DNA of 63,561 nucleotides, counting the filler, from Piptocephalis cylindrospora (Eukaryota): the NCBI GenBank assembly GCA_003614145.1. It is 16 parts of 16 records of this genome, joined end to end, with 100 filler letters (N's around TTAATTAATTAA, not from the genome) between each part and the next. Parts side by side here need not be neighbours in the genome. Positions count along the whole stretch, not along the records: positions 7,958 to 11,769 come from KZ988600.1; positions 11,870 to 15,790 come from KZ988601.1; positions 15,891 to 19,801 come from KZ988602.1; positions 19,902 to 23,700 come from KZ988603.1; 12 more parts are not named here. One strand, written 5' to 3'. The notes under the pieces are model-generated. The model ran no database searches, was not told where the DNA came from, and saw nothing but the letters and a program-made list of their open reading frames with translations. Position 1 is the first letter of the stretch. Each line of letters begins with the position of its first letter. This document shows, one piece after another, positions 10,610 through 21,539 of this stretch. Both the position numbers and the translations under genes were made by a program.

Positions 10610-11353
10610 ATGATGCGCCACCCCTCCATTCTCCTAGCCCTCTTTCTGCTCCTAGCCCTTTTGCAGCCCTCGTCGGCTGCCCCGGATACTGGGAAAGAGG
10701 AGAGCTTTGCCACAACTCTCTTGCAGCCTCCTTCAACTGCTTCAGATACAGAAAAGGATGATGCATTTGCCGCAGCTGCCCGGATCCGCGGAAAGGGACT
10801 GCATGGTATGGCCTTCTTCTACCGTCTTCGCGATGAAAAGTCCATGCGTTTCTTTATGAGCCTCCAGGAAGAGACACATTCAAAGGGATCCCCCTCTTCC
10901 TCCTCACTTCCACCTACCCTGGCCTATGCCGTTCATGAACAGGCTGTGCCCACTACGGGGAAATGCATTGGACTGGGTCGTCGACTGGATCCATTTCATA
11001 TCCGTCGATCCCAACCGCCATCCCCACGACCCGTTTGCACGGCATCGGATGCCCATCGGTCCTGTGAGCTGGGGGATCTCTCGGGAAAGTATGGCCAGGC
11101 CACCATTTCTCCTCCAGGTGGATACTATGCCAATGGCACCGATCCTGATTTGACCATCACTGGGCCCTATGGGGTCGTGGGGCGAAGTTTTGTCGTCAAT
11201 GGCCCCAATGGGGATATTATAGCCTGTAGTACCATCACCGATGCCAAGGATGTTGATTACTCCACGGCCTCCTCTGCCCCTCCCCTCTTTTTGGCCCCGA
11301 TGATCACCTCTTGGTGTTTCTGTGCTCTTGCCCTAGTCAACATGCTCCTATAA
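10610..11353 (+). CDS. Secreted/GPI-type Cu-only SOD (Sod4/5-like) fold protein lacking metal ligands
   Basis: Signal peptide; YAVHEQAVP..GKC..LDP..CELGDLSGKYG..GRSFVVN..IACSTI; hydrophobic C-terminus. Confidence 0.8.
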   Translation: MMRHPSILLALFLLLALLQPSSAAPDTGKEESFATTLLQPPSTASDTEKDDAFAAAARIRGKGLHGMAFFYRLRDEKSMRFFMSLQEETHSKGSPSSSSLPPTLAYAVHEQAVPTTGKCIGLGRRLDPFHIRRSQPPSPRPVCTASDAHRSCELGDLSGKYGQATISPPGGYYANGTDPDLTITGPYGVVGRSFVVNGPNGDIIACSTITDAKDVDYSTASSAPPLFLAPMITSWCFCALALVNMLL

Positions 11354-11869
11354 CGTGATCCAGAAACTCAGGGTGGATGTCTGAGTCATAACTGTCTATT
11401 TTACTCCTTCCTTTACCCTCCATGCTTGAAGAGTTGGTAGAGCATGAAATGTTTTGAGATAATGAAGTGTCGTTTCATTTTCGCGTAGCATTGAAAAAAA
11501 TCTTGAGGTCACGTGCCTTCCGTATCCTGGATCTAAAGTAATAGGATGGTTACCCTTAGATATGGCAATAGTACATCCTAACTAAATAGCGTTCTTTCAA
11601 GCCATTTTGATCTATGCGCTTCGGCACCCATCCTTCGTATCAAGGAGACTCGGGCTGTGACTAAATCCACTCGCCTCTCACCCCTGACCTGTTCTATCAT
11701 TTGATATGACATACGGTGCGTTGGCTATGGCAAACTCTACATGCTCCTCTTCTTCCCTCCCCTGCCCTANNNNNNNNNNNNNNNNNNNNNNNNNNNNNNN
11801 NNNNNNNNNNNNNTTAATTAATTAANNNNNNNNNNNNNNNNNNNNNNNNNNNNNNNNNNNNNNNNNNNN

Positions 11870-14678
11870 CCTTTCCTCTGGAGACTGACAGCTATTCGGG
11901 CGGCAGATTGCATATGCAGAGGGGTCCGAACCCTATCATCTCCCAGCGGCTTTCGTCTGGGCGGGGTACGTAATAGGCTCCCAGGGCCCGGTCGCTTTGG
12001 CGTGCCCACAGGAGTACCTACCTCCCCTGTATGACTATCTCTCCTTTCCAGGCTTCCGGAAAGCGGGGGTCGGGGAATAGAGGCGAGTCTGGATGTTGCC
12101 ACTAGCATCTCCTGGGAAACCGAGGGGGTATTGGGAGATGATGAGATGGATACGGAATAAGGTGGATCCGGTGTAGGAGAGACACAATTATCTAGCATAG
12201 CACGTCCGGGAGAGCCGCTCATCCTACTCCGAGGGGACTTGACAGTACTATGGGCATAGAGTGGGAAGTTCCTCCGTTTTCTCTCCCTGACCATGCCCTC
12301 AGGACTTCTCTCTTGTTCCCTATCCTGCTCCGGAATAGATGAGATTTTTTCGTCCAGTGCTTCCTCATTGCCTACTTCAACAATGCGTCCGGAAGAGGCT
12401 GACCTCTCGAAAACAGTATGTATGGGCCTGTGGGGCATGGGAATGATGCGCTCGCTTAACCGACTTCTCGAACTAGGAGATAAAAGAGCGGTCGAAGAGC
12501 CTATGGGCATGCTTGGTATGGAGCCAAGAAGCGTATGCCTCCTCTCCGTCCCGTCTGGCTGGGAGGGGGAATCTGGGAGGAGTTGAGAGGGAGAGAGCAG
12601 CTTTGGAGAATCAATGATAGACTCATCAAAATTCCCATCCTCTCTTAGGTTGCTTAGTTTGGGCGCCTCCGACGCATTCTCCCCTAGTTCGCTTAGCTTT
12701 AGCGGTTCAGGCGAACCATCCATATCCTCATCTTTCTTGGATACATCTAACCTAAAGGAAGAAGGAAGCCGAAAGGACTTTAGGCCACCAAACATCTCAG
12801 TTTCCTCCATCTCTTCATTATCATCTCCATCCACGGAGCCCGTCGTATCCATCCAACTACGCCGTGTACCGCTAAGACGACCCGTAGTCCTCGATCGGAT
12901 ACGGCCAATCGGCAAGGTCTCCTCCATCCAATCGGATTCACTCTCCTCGTCGAACGACAAGGGATTATCGCTCTCCCTCCTAGTATTACCCACTCCTCTA
13001 GTTCCATCTGTGGCCGTTGAACCATGCATGTCCTCTTGATACTGACTTAACAGGGTAAAAGTGTTCATCTCTTTCAACTCCTGGGTCATCTCATTGGTCT
13101 CTTTGTCCTTGACAATGCGTGTCGAATCGTCATCCACGGCCCCCTCACTGATGAGTTTATGGATTTTAGCTGTGGTATTGCCACGATCAGTAGATTTCCT
13201 ATCATTAGGATTATCGTCCTGGATACCGCCCATACTATCCCGGAATCCCGTGACATTCATGGAGGTTTCCGAGGGCAAGCGTAAAGGGCTAAGACTGTCG
13301 AGTGCATGTCGTCTGGAAAAAGTGTCCTTACTTATGTTGAACGGAACCGATGGGGAATGGGGTAGGCTGTGGGGCCTATCCTGCCCACGGATAAAGTCTT
13401 TTTTAACGATGGCCCGCGAATCTAGCTTTTTATCAGATGCGATTGTATCTTGACGGTCCACTTCAAGATGTCGATGTGGCGATATGGGAGCTTTTCCTTT
13501 GAAGCGGCGTTCCTCGTGGTACAGATTAAGGGGATCATCCCTTTCATCTTCGCTCAGGCTACCAGTAATATCCATGAGATCAAAACACCTTTTAGCATAG
13601 CTATCGTCCTCCGGAGACAGGGAATTATTGACCGAGAGAGCGGGACTGGTGGTACCACTTCTCAAGGCATTGGTACTTTGAGAGTATGGCCTCGATTGAT
13701 GAGACGAGCCTTCCGGTGGCTGGCCATCATGACTCCCACTACTATTCTCTCCTGCTAATCTTTCCTCTGTATCCACATCTGAAACATAGAAGGAGGAGTC
13801 GGAGTCAGGCAAAGGATCAGAAGGATGTGCATTATTGGAGATGCTAGGATGAGGGCCGTCCCGATTTTCCGGGTAGGACGATGATCGTAGAGCAGAAAGG
13901 ACGGAATTGACCGCCTTTCCCTTAACATCACTCATATTGCTGGGTGAAGTGATCTGTGAAGTCGATGAAGAGGAAGATGCTGCTGGCCGTGGCTCATAAG
14001 AGGAGAAGGACGTCGATGTACCCATTGGGCTTGGTCGGCCCCCACTCACTGAAGCCCTTAATAGATAGAGAAGGGTTTTAGAAGAATCAAGAATATTAGG
14101 ATTTACTTAAGGGCATGGGTGAAAGTAAGGTACCAACCCATCTTACCTTCTAGACGGCTCATCACTGGACTCTCTGGGGGATTTGGAGATATCTGTGTGA
14201 ACGGGGGCTGTGCGAAGTTCCCTTTTCTCCAGTCTGGACTCGGTGTTAAAGAGCCTGACAGCCGCCCTCGAAGCAAATGATACCCTTCGGGATTTTGACC
14301 TATTAGCATAGAATGGCGATAAGATAAATAAAGTAGCATAGATCTTCCTACGAGCACCCCAATAGCTCCCCTCACAATATCCCCTATAAAAAGTGCTTAC
14401 CCCTCCTGAGATGGTAGAGAGGCGAGCGTGTTAAACGAGTCAAAGTCAAGTGTGCGGGCAGAGTCCTTGAGGATGCCTCGTGGTTGCGCAAACTAAATGT
14501 CGTTATTCAGATAAATTACCATGGGAAGGTGATAAGCTGGTGGAAAGTTTGATATAGGGAAACAAAAGTGTACAGAGGAGGGAGCACGCACCGAGCTTCG
14601 ACGAGACGAAGAGCCGTCGCTTTGTTGTGATGCCAGAGCATCCGGTAGCACCCCGGCAATGGTCTTTCTACGATCCAT
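11870..14678 (-). CDS. SPC105: Kinetochore scaffold KNL1/Spc7/Spc105, N-terminal part; multi-exon, 3' truncated
   Basis: Small upstream exons encode RGILK (~14465-14480) and KSRRVSFA (~14274-14297) PP1 motifs; long disordered exon has MELT-like MDIT, MNVT, MEET, MDTT. Confidence 0.82.
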
Positions 14679-14984
14679 CCAGGCAAGGGAAAAGGTGGGA
14701 TAATAGTAAGAAGAAGGAAATTGATAGAAAACGGGCTGATACCAAGGAGAAGGAAGAGAAAGGTAATGGAAGGGATGAGAGAAGGTAAGAAGGGAGGGAA
14801 AAGTGGTGTTTATGGTTTGCGGGAGGCGAAAGACAGGGGTAAAGGACGCGGTAGTGTAGAGTCTACGTTGACCTCCCGCCAAAGGGATCGGAGAGGGGGC
14901 GTTCCCTGATCCCACCATACGACGTGATGACTCGCTGTCCAGACGACACAACCTTCCATTGCAAGAAAGAAGCAGTATTCAGGT

Positions 14985-15353
14985 TGTGGAGCAAATGGTG
15001 CCCGCACATCGGAAGATTGAGCTCTCCCGGAGGATTATGGTGTGAAGATGGGTATGGGTATGAGGTGTGTAAGTGTATTTGCAAGAAAGCACAAGATAGT
15101 TTAAAATCGCGTACACGATATGATCTGAGCCAGAAGCGCTCTGATCACAGGATACATGCTTGAGAAAGCCTATCCCAGAGACGCACCGACCAGGGAAGAA
15201 TCTGGGAAAGTATTTAAGGCGGCAAAGCGAGGGAAAGCGCTCCCACTCTGGGGCTCGTCTTTCCGTTTCTCTCTCCTTTCTTTCACCTTGATCCTCGGTT
15301 CGCGTTTCTGTCTGATTTTTGATTCACTTGGTTGAATCGCTTAGGTTGCCACA
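14985..15353 (+). mobile_element. Solo LTR (369 bp)
   Basis: TGTGG...CCACA termini with exact 5-bp TSD CAGGT (14980-14984 and 15354-15358); TATTTAAGG box; related to 6842-7203. Confidence 0.8.
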
Positions 15354-16205
15354 CAGGTAAGGAATGCTGAACGAACAGCTTCTTTGCTGTATAATCGGCT
15401 TGTCTCTCAGACATAATCATCAGGCGAGACTCTACATTAGGTCATGACTTGATGATATCATTATTATTATTACTACTAGAATAGGACATGTAACTGGTGC
15501 TCATACATCGGATGATCAATGGCATTCAGAGAATAGCTGCGGCGATGTAAGAGTCAGATAGAGAGGGAGAGGGAAATGTGGATTAGGAGGATATGAAGAT
15601 TACGGAAGGCCGGGGGACGACCGGATCACGTTGGGATTGACGCTCCGCAGGGGAATCAGAGGCAGTATGGCAACCGCGGGATGGGGGAGGGGATGCCATG
15701 GCCTGGGGGGGAGCGGGGGAGGGGAGAGAATCCCCAAGTTGGTTACTCCACTCTAAAACCCAATTAAAATATGAAGGATGATAATGAAAANNNNNNNNNN
15801 NNNNNNNNNNNNNNNNNNNNNNNNNNNNNNNNNNTTAATTAATTAANNNNNNNNNNNNNNNNNNNNNNNNNNNNNNNNNNNNNNNNNNNNGGGCAGCTAG
15901 AATAATTTCAGATAGAGTAGCACATCCCTAGCTCACTCGGCCCTTGTCCTTCCTCATGGGATACTCCGTAAGTCCGGGGGTGTCGATGAACACGTAGACT
16001 TCTCACGCCGTGTGTCTTCCGCCCCCCTCCTGCCCAAGTTGGGAAAGGGGAGGGATGACAAGCATCGGGGCTCCCCCCTCTTATCCGACTTCCGCGTCAT
16101 CTATTTAAAGGTCGGCCAAGACTGTGGGCGTGATCCCTCCTCCTACCCTGTCCCCCATCCCCTTCTCTTATCCCATTCAATCTTATCCAATACCTTATCC
16201 ACTGC

Positions 16206-18875
16206 ATGTCTTCAGCTTCTCAAAAGGCCCAAAAGGCCGGTGTTTCCGAACTATCCATCTCTCCACCGAAAAGGGTGGAGGCATCGGATGAGGAAGGGAG
16301 CTGGAACCCTCCACCCGTGACCCCGGGTGCCGGTTTCCATCAACCTCCTACTCTTTCCCCAGAAATTCTGGCCCTTTGGGACCGGGATAGTAAAGAGGAC
16401 TCCACGGACAAGGCCACCATCACCAAATCCCTGATCCGTCACGCCACCACCACCCTTGCTCGCGCCGCTGACACCATGGGTGATCTCGCCGCCTACCACG
16501 CCATGGCCCACTCGGTCCGGGACCGGCTGATCAAGCGGTGGAACGACACTCAGCATCATCACACTAACTTGTCCCCAAAGCGCGTCTACTATCTCTCCAT
16601 GGAGTTCCTCCTGGGTCGATCCCTCGATAATGCCCTCCTGGCCCTGCGTCTCAAGCCCGTCTACTCTGACGCCGCCACCGAGATTGGATTTCGCATGGAA
16701 GACGTCCTTGAGTCCGAGACCGATGCCGCCTTGGGTAATGGAGGGCTAGGCCGTCTCGCTGCCTGCTACCTCGATTCCCTAGCCACCCTGGATTACCCTG
16801 CCTGGGGCTATGGTCTGCGGTACACATACGGTATCTTCCAGCAAAAGATCGTCAACGGCTTCCAGACCGAAGTTCCCGACTACTGGCTTACCTTTGACAA
16901 TCCCTGGGAGATCCCTCGTCTGGACGTTCGGGTCCCCGTCCGCTTCTACGGCTCTTTGTCCCGTGTCAAGGACGCTAAGTGGCCCGGGGGCACGAGACGT
17001 GTGTGGGAGGGAGGTGACGTCGTGGAAGCCGTGGCTTATGACGTCCCCATTCCCGGGTACCGTACGCCCAATTGTCTCAACATTCGTCTTTGGTCCTCGA
17101 AGCCCGGGCATGGCGGTTTTGATCTAAATGCCTTCAATGCCGGAGATTATCAAAAGGCCGTGGCTGCCCAGGCATCGGCCGAGAATATCACCTCGGTCCT
17201 CTATCCCAATGACAATCACATGCTGGGGAAGGAGCTGAGGTTGAAGCAGCAGTACCTCTTTGTCCGTGCCACCCTTCATGACATTCTCCGTCGCTTCCGC
17301 AAGACAGGTCTACCTTGGGCCCAGTTCCCCGACCAAGTGGCTATCCAGCTCAATGACACCCATCCAACCCTGGGCATTGCCGAGCTCCAGCGTGTCCTCG
17401 TGGATGAGCATGCCCTGAGCTGGGATGCTGCCTGGGACATCGTCACGCGCACCTACGCTTTCACTAACCACACTGTCCTGCCCGAGGCCCTGGAGAAATG
17501 GCCTGTCCCCATGGTCCAGCACCTCTTGCCCCGACACATGGAAATCATCTTTGATATCAACCTCTACTTCCTTCAGGCCGTTGAGCGCAAGTTCCCCGGG
17601 GATCGTGCCCTCCTTAACGCCGTATCCATCATTGAAGAGTCCGCGCCGCAGCAGGTCCGGATGGCTTTCCTCGCCGTCGTCGGGAGCCATACAGTCAATG
17701 GTGTGGCTGCCCTCCACTCCCACCTCATCCGCACCACTATCTTCAAGGACTTTGTGCGAGTGTTTGGAGAGGACAAGTTCCAGAATAAGACCAATGGAAT
17801 CACCCCGCGCCGCTGGCTCCACCAGGCTAATCAAGGTCTCTCAATCCTCCTCACCGAGGTCCTGGGATCATCTGCATGGGTCAAGGACCTGGGTCAGTTG
17901 TCCCGTCTGGAGGGCCGCCTGGAGGACTCGCACTTCTTGGAACAGTGGAACCAGGTGAAGAAGGCGAACAAAGAGAGGTTGGCCGAGGTCATTTATGAGC
18001 GTACTGGCGTTATCGTTGATCCAGAGGCCCTGTTTGATGTCCAAGTTAAGAGGATCCATGAGTATAAGCGTCAGCTCATGAATATCCTCAGCGTTATCCA
18101 TCGCTACCACGACATCAAGGCCCGAGGACCCGGAAGGCGTGCCAGCGTTGTTCCTAGAGTTGTGATCTTTGGGGGCAAGGCCGCTCCGGGCTACTGGATC
18201 GCCAAGGCCGTCATCAAGCTCATCAATAATGTTGCTAAAGTCGTCAATGAGGATCCTGACGTGGGTGATGCCCTAAAGGTCATCTTCCTCCCCGATTATA
18301 ATGTCTCTCTGGCCGAGGTCATCGTCCCCGCCTCCGATATCTCCCAGCATATCTCCACCGCTGGAACAGAGGCCTCGGGGACCTCCAACATGAAGTTTGT
18401 CCTTAATGGCGGTGTCATCCTCGGCACCGTTGATGGGGCCAATATCGAGATCGCCGAGGCTATCGGCAAGGAGTGCATCTTCCTCTTTGGCCTCGAGGCC
18501 GACCAGGTCGACGACCAGAGGCATCGTCAGAGATACGGTCCTCAGAACTGGGAGCTAGACAAGGATATGGCCCGAGTTCTCGAGAGTATTCGCACTGGTG
18601 AATTCGGCGATCCTGTCCACTTTACCGCCCTCCTTGATGGCCTCGAGCACGGAGGAGACAATTACCTTCTCTCCGCCGACTTTCCTTCCTACCTCAAGGC
18701 CCAGGCCGAGGTGGATCGGGCCTGGGAGGATCGGGAAGGTTGGCTCAAGCGGAGTATCCGGTGCACGGCCCGTATGGGCGGATTCAGCTCGGATCGTGCT
18801 GTTGAAGAGTATGCCCGGGATATTTGGGGGGTCAAGCCTTGCCGTGCAGAGGAGGGTGTAGAGGAGGAAGATTAG
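16206..18875 (+). CDS. GPH1: Glycogen phosphorylase
   Basis: 889 aa; LGNGGLGRLAAC, IQLNDTHP, KRIHEYKRQ, EASGTSNMKF (PLP lysine). Confidence 0.98.
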   Translation: MSSASQKAQKAGVSELSISPPKRVEASDEEGSWNPPPVTPGAGFHQPPTLSPEILALWDRDSKEDSTDKATITKSLIRHATTTLARAADTMGDLAAYHAMAHSVRDRLIKRWNDTQHHHTNLSPKRVYYLSMEFLLGRSLDNALLALRLKPVYSDAATEIGFRMEDVLESETDAALGNGGLGRLAACYLDSLATLDYPAWGYGLRYTYGIFQQKIVNGFQTEVPDYWLTFDNPWEIPRLDVRVPVRFYGSLSRVKDAKWPGGTRRVWEGGDVVEAVAYDVPIPGYRTPNCLNIRLWSSKPGHGGFDLNAFNAGDYQKAVAAQASAENITSVLYPNDNHMLGKELRLKQQYLFVRATLHDILRRFRKTGLPWAQFPDQVAIQLNDTHPTLGIAELQRVLVDEHALSWDAAWDIVTRTYAFTNHTVLPEALEKWPVPMVQHLLPRHMEIIFDINLYFLQAVERKFPGDRALLNAVSIIEESAPQQVRMAFLAVVGSHTVNGVAALHSHLIRTTIFKDFVRVFGEDKFQNKTNGITPRRWLHQANQGLSILLTEVLGSSAWVKDLGQLSRLEGRLEDSHFLEQWNQVKKANKERLAEVIYERTGVIVDPEALFDVQVKRIHEYKRQLMNILSVIHRYHDIKARGPGRRASVVPRVVIFGGKAAPGYWIAKAVIKLINNVAKVVNEDPDVGDALKVIFLPDYNVSLAEVIVPASDISQHISTAGTEASGTSNMKFVLNGGVILGTVDGANIEIAEAIGKECIFLFGLEADQVDDQRHRQRYGPQNWELDKDMARVLESIRTGEFGDPVHFTALLDGLEHGGDNYLLSADFPSYLKAQAEVDRAWEDREGWLKRSIRCTARMGGFSSDRAVEEYARDIWGVKPCRAEEGVEEED

Positions 18876-19015
18876 GATGAGAGGGAATGGAGGAAATAGG
18901 GAAAAAGTATAAGAGTTTTTTATTGTTTCTTTTTCCCTCCAAAAAAATCATTCTTTCACCCATGTGTCTCCATTGACCCCTTTCATCATCAGGAAGAGCA
19001 AGGGATCAAGGACAC

Positions 19016-19649
19016 CTAAGAGAATATGGGGTTCTTCTTCAGATGGACTGGTTCCTCATTGGGGTTTGCCTGAGGAATGATCTTTTCGATTTTCTACATC
19101 CACAGAGTCACCATTGATCCCATGAAGGAACGGTGAGTGGCCTAGTTGGCATATCGTCATTACCATACCAGATCACTTACCATTTTGTCAAAGACACAGC
19201 TGTTCAAGGGTCTTTCCTCAGTACGGCACTTTTCGTACTGGTAGTTCCGGTTGGAGAGACACTTCCAATGGGCCTCGAATTGCTTTCCGCAGTTTTCCTT
19301 GAGCTGACTCAGGCTATTATAATAATAAAAAGAACCAGTCAGTTAGGGATGGTGCTAAGTGCCATACAATCAAAACCAATCCCCATGCCCTCACGTACAC
19401 AGAAGCGGCGCATCGCGTGACACGTCGTCCCTCCTTGAGACACTTGGCTGGGTCAGCCCCCGTCTGGGATCGACACAGCATGTAGTCTTCGGTGTATTCC
19501 TGGCACGCCGGTCCAAGGTAGTAGGCGGCTGATGCCAGAGGCGCCGAGGTCGCCCCTAGCTCATCCACGGGCGGGACGTCCGACGGCATGGGAGCTGGCT
19601 CAATGTGATCCTTTTCGGACAAGAACGGGTCATTTGGGGTGTTGGACAT
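19016..19649 (-). CDS. NDUFA8: Complex I accessory subunit NDUFA8 (twin CX9C), 3 exons
   Basis: VDELGATSAPLASAAYYLGPACQEYTEDYMLC...KCLKEGRRVTRCA; later exon with HWKCL..NYQYEKCR. Confidence 0.9.
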
Positions 19650-20384
19650 GGTGGGACGAGGGAGAGATGAGACGGGATGAAGGAAGGGGGAGAAAGTCGA
19701 GGGGGGGGGGGGGGGGGGGGGAGGGGAGGGAGGGGGGGGGGGGGGGGGGGGGGGGGGAGGGGACGGGGGGGTGGGGTGTGTTGTTTGGGGGGGGGGGCAA
19801 GNNNNNNNNNNNNNNNNNNNNNNNNNNNNNNNNNNNNNNNNNNNNTTAATTAATTAANNNNNNNNNNNNNNNNNNNNNNNNNNNNNNNNNNNNNNNNNNN
19901 NTAGCCCTGCCCCTAAATCCTCATGTCAGACATTTGCATTATGTGGGATATAGGGGGAAGGGAGGGAGAAGAGAGTAATGGCCCCAACAACCCGAGCTTG
20001 TCTTCTTTCCTCCTCCCCTGGTATCGCCAGGGTATGTGGAGCGTGTTATGGGTGATACCGAGAAAAAAAAGATCATCCTCTACCTAGTTCGTACCCTCTC
20101 GGGAGGATGATGAGGAAAGAGGGGAGGAGAAAGCTTTTTATACACCTGTCACTATGGATAAAAGCAGCATTTCAGATCGTCTTTTCCCATAAGGAATCAG
20201 TTGGGTTGGCACATGCTTCTCTGATGCAATTGCACACAGCCATCGGAGTTAAAAGGATTCACACCTACCTCCGACAGTCCTCCTCCTCCCCTTATCACCA
20301 TCTCTAGGCTAATGATAAGCAACATCCTGCTATCACGAGACAAAGGATGGAAAGCTCAAGTTATATAAGTCCATTGAGGGGATT

Positions 20385-21539
20385 TCAGCAAAGTCCAATG
20401 GCCTTCTTGACCTCCCGAAGGGTCTGCTGGGCCTCATGCCTGGCCTTTTCTGCGCCTGCCTGAAACACTTGATCCAACCAGACATCCCCTTCTCGCTCCA
20501 TTCGCTCATACTCGGAGCGTATAGGGGTAAGGTGGGATATGGTGACATCGGCCACACGGTCCTTGAACTCGGCCGTGGTCAGGGAAGCACACTCCCTGAC
20601 CACATCCTCCACTGCCGTCCCCGTAACTCCCGCATAAATCTGGAGAAGGTTGGCAATGCCAGGTCGGGCGGCCGGATCAAAGGTGATCCCTGGGGCGGAA
20701 TCTGTGACAGCCCGACGAATTTTCCGGGAAATGGTGGTCCCATCATCGGTCAGGAGAATGGAAGCATTGACGCTGGGGTCAGATTTGGACATCTTCTTGC
20801 TCGGGTCCCTCAAGGACATAACTCTCTTGGCATCGGGGATTAGAACTTCCGGGAGACGGAAGATAGGTCTGTCATGTAGGCGATTGAAAGACTCGGCAAT
20901 GTCGCGGGTCAGTTCAAGGTGCTGGCGTTGATCCTCGCCTACGGGCACGAGCGATGTTTGGTAGAGGAGAACATCAGCAGCCTGAAGGACCGGATAGGCG
21001 TATAAACCCAATTTTAGAGTGTCTGTCGTAGGAGGGAGACTAGAGGCTGAGGCGGAGTGATGGTCCTTCCCTCTGGTCGGATCATTGATCTGCATCTTGC
21101 TCTTCCATTGGGTCATGCGGTTGAGCCAATGGACCGAAGTTTGACACGAAAGGATCCAGGCGAGCTCATTGTGCTCAGGTACAGCTGATTGAACAAATAG
21201 AGTACTGTGTTTTGGATCCACCCCACATGCCAGGATAGCCCTGGCCATGTCGCGCACGCCCTTACGCAGTTGCTTCGCGGGTCTAGGGATGGTAAGGGCA
21301 TGGAGGTCGACGACGGTGTAAATTCTGGAGGCCGGAGAGGTCTGCAACTTTACCCAGGAGCTCAAGGCGCCAAGGTAATTACCCAGATGAGGGATACCTG
21401 TTGGTTGGATGCCAGACATGATGACTTCATTGGTTCCCGGGACCTGAGCGGTCCCTGTCGCCGACTGTGCCATACCCCTGAAGTGGAGCAGAGTCGCTAG
21501 TCGGGCTCGTGACGGTAAGGAACGAGGAAGACCGAGCAT
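20385..21539 (-). CDS. MSW1: Mitochondrial tryptophanyl-tRNA synthetase
   Basis: SGIQPTGIPHLGNYLGA, YPVLQAADVL, VPVGEDQRQHLE, KMSKS; Arg-rich presequence. Confidence 0.95.
   Translation of the reverse strand: MLGLPRSLPSRARLATLLHFRGMAQSATGTAQVPGTNEVIMSGIQPTGIPHLGNYLGALSSWVKLQTSPASRIYTVVDLHALTIPRPAKQLRKGVRDMARAILACGVDPKHSTLFVQSAVPEHNELAWILSCQTSVHWLNRMTQWKSKMQINDPTRGKDHHSASASSLPPTTDTLKLGLYAYPVLQAADVLLYQTSLVPVGEDQRQHLELTRDIAESFNRLHDRPIFRLPEVLIPDAKRVMSLRDPSKKMSKSDPSVNASILLTDDGTTISRKIRRAVTDSAPGITFDPAARPGIANLLQIYAGVTGTAVEDVVRECASLTTAEFKDRVADVTISHLTPIRSEYERMEREGDVWLDQVFQAGAEKARHEAQQTLREVKKAIGLC

Noticed and set aside
19700..19801. Long poly-G/poly-C runs (also 28318-28420, 39900-40022, 43070-43115, 61270-61362) as G-quadruplex elements
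   Set aside because: Probably base-calling degradation of (CCT/GGA)-rich low-complexity tracts; one appears to frameshift a gene
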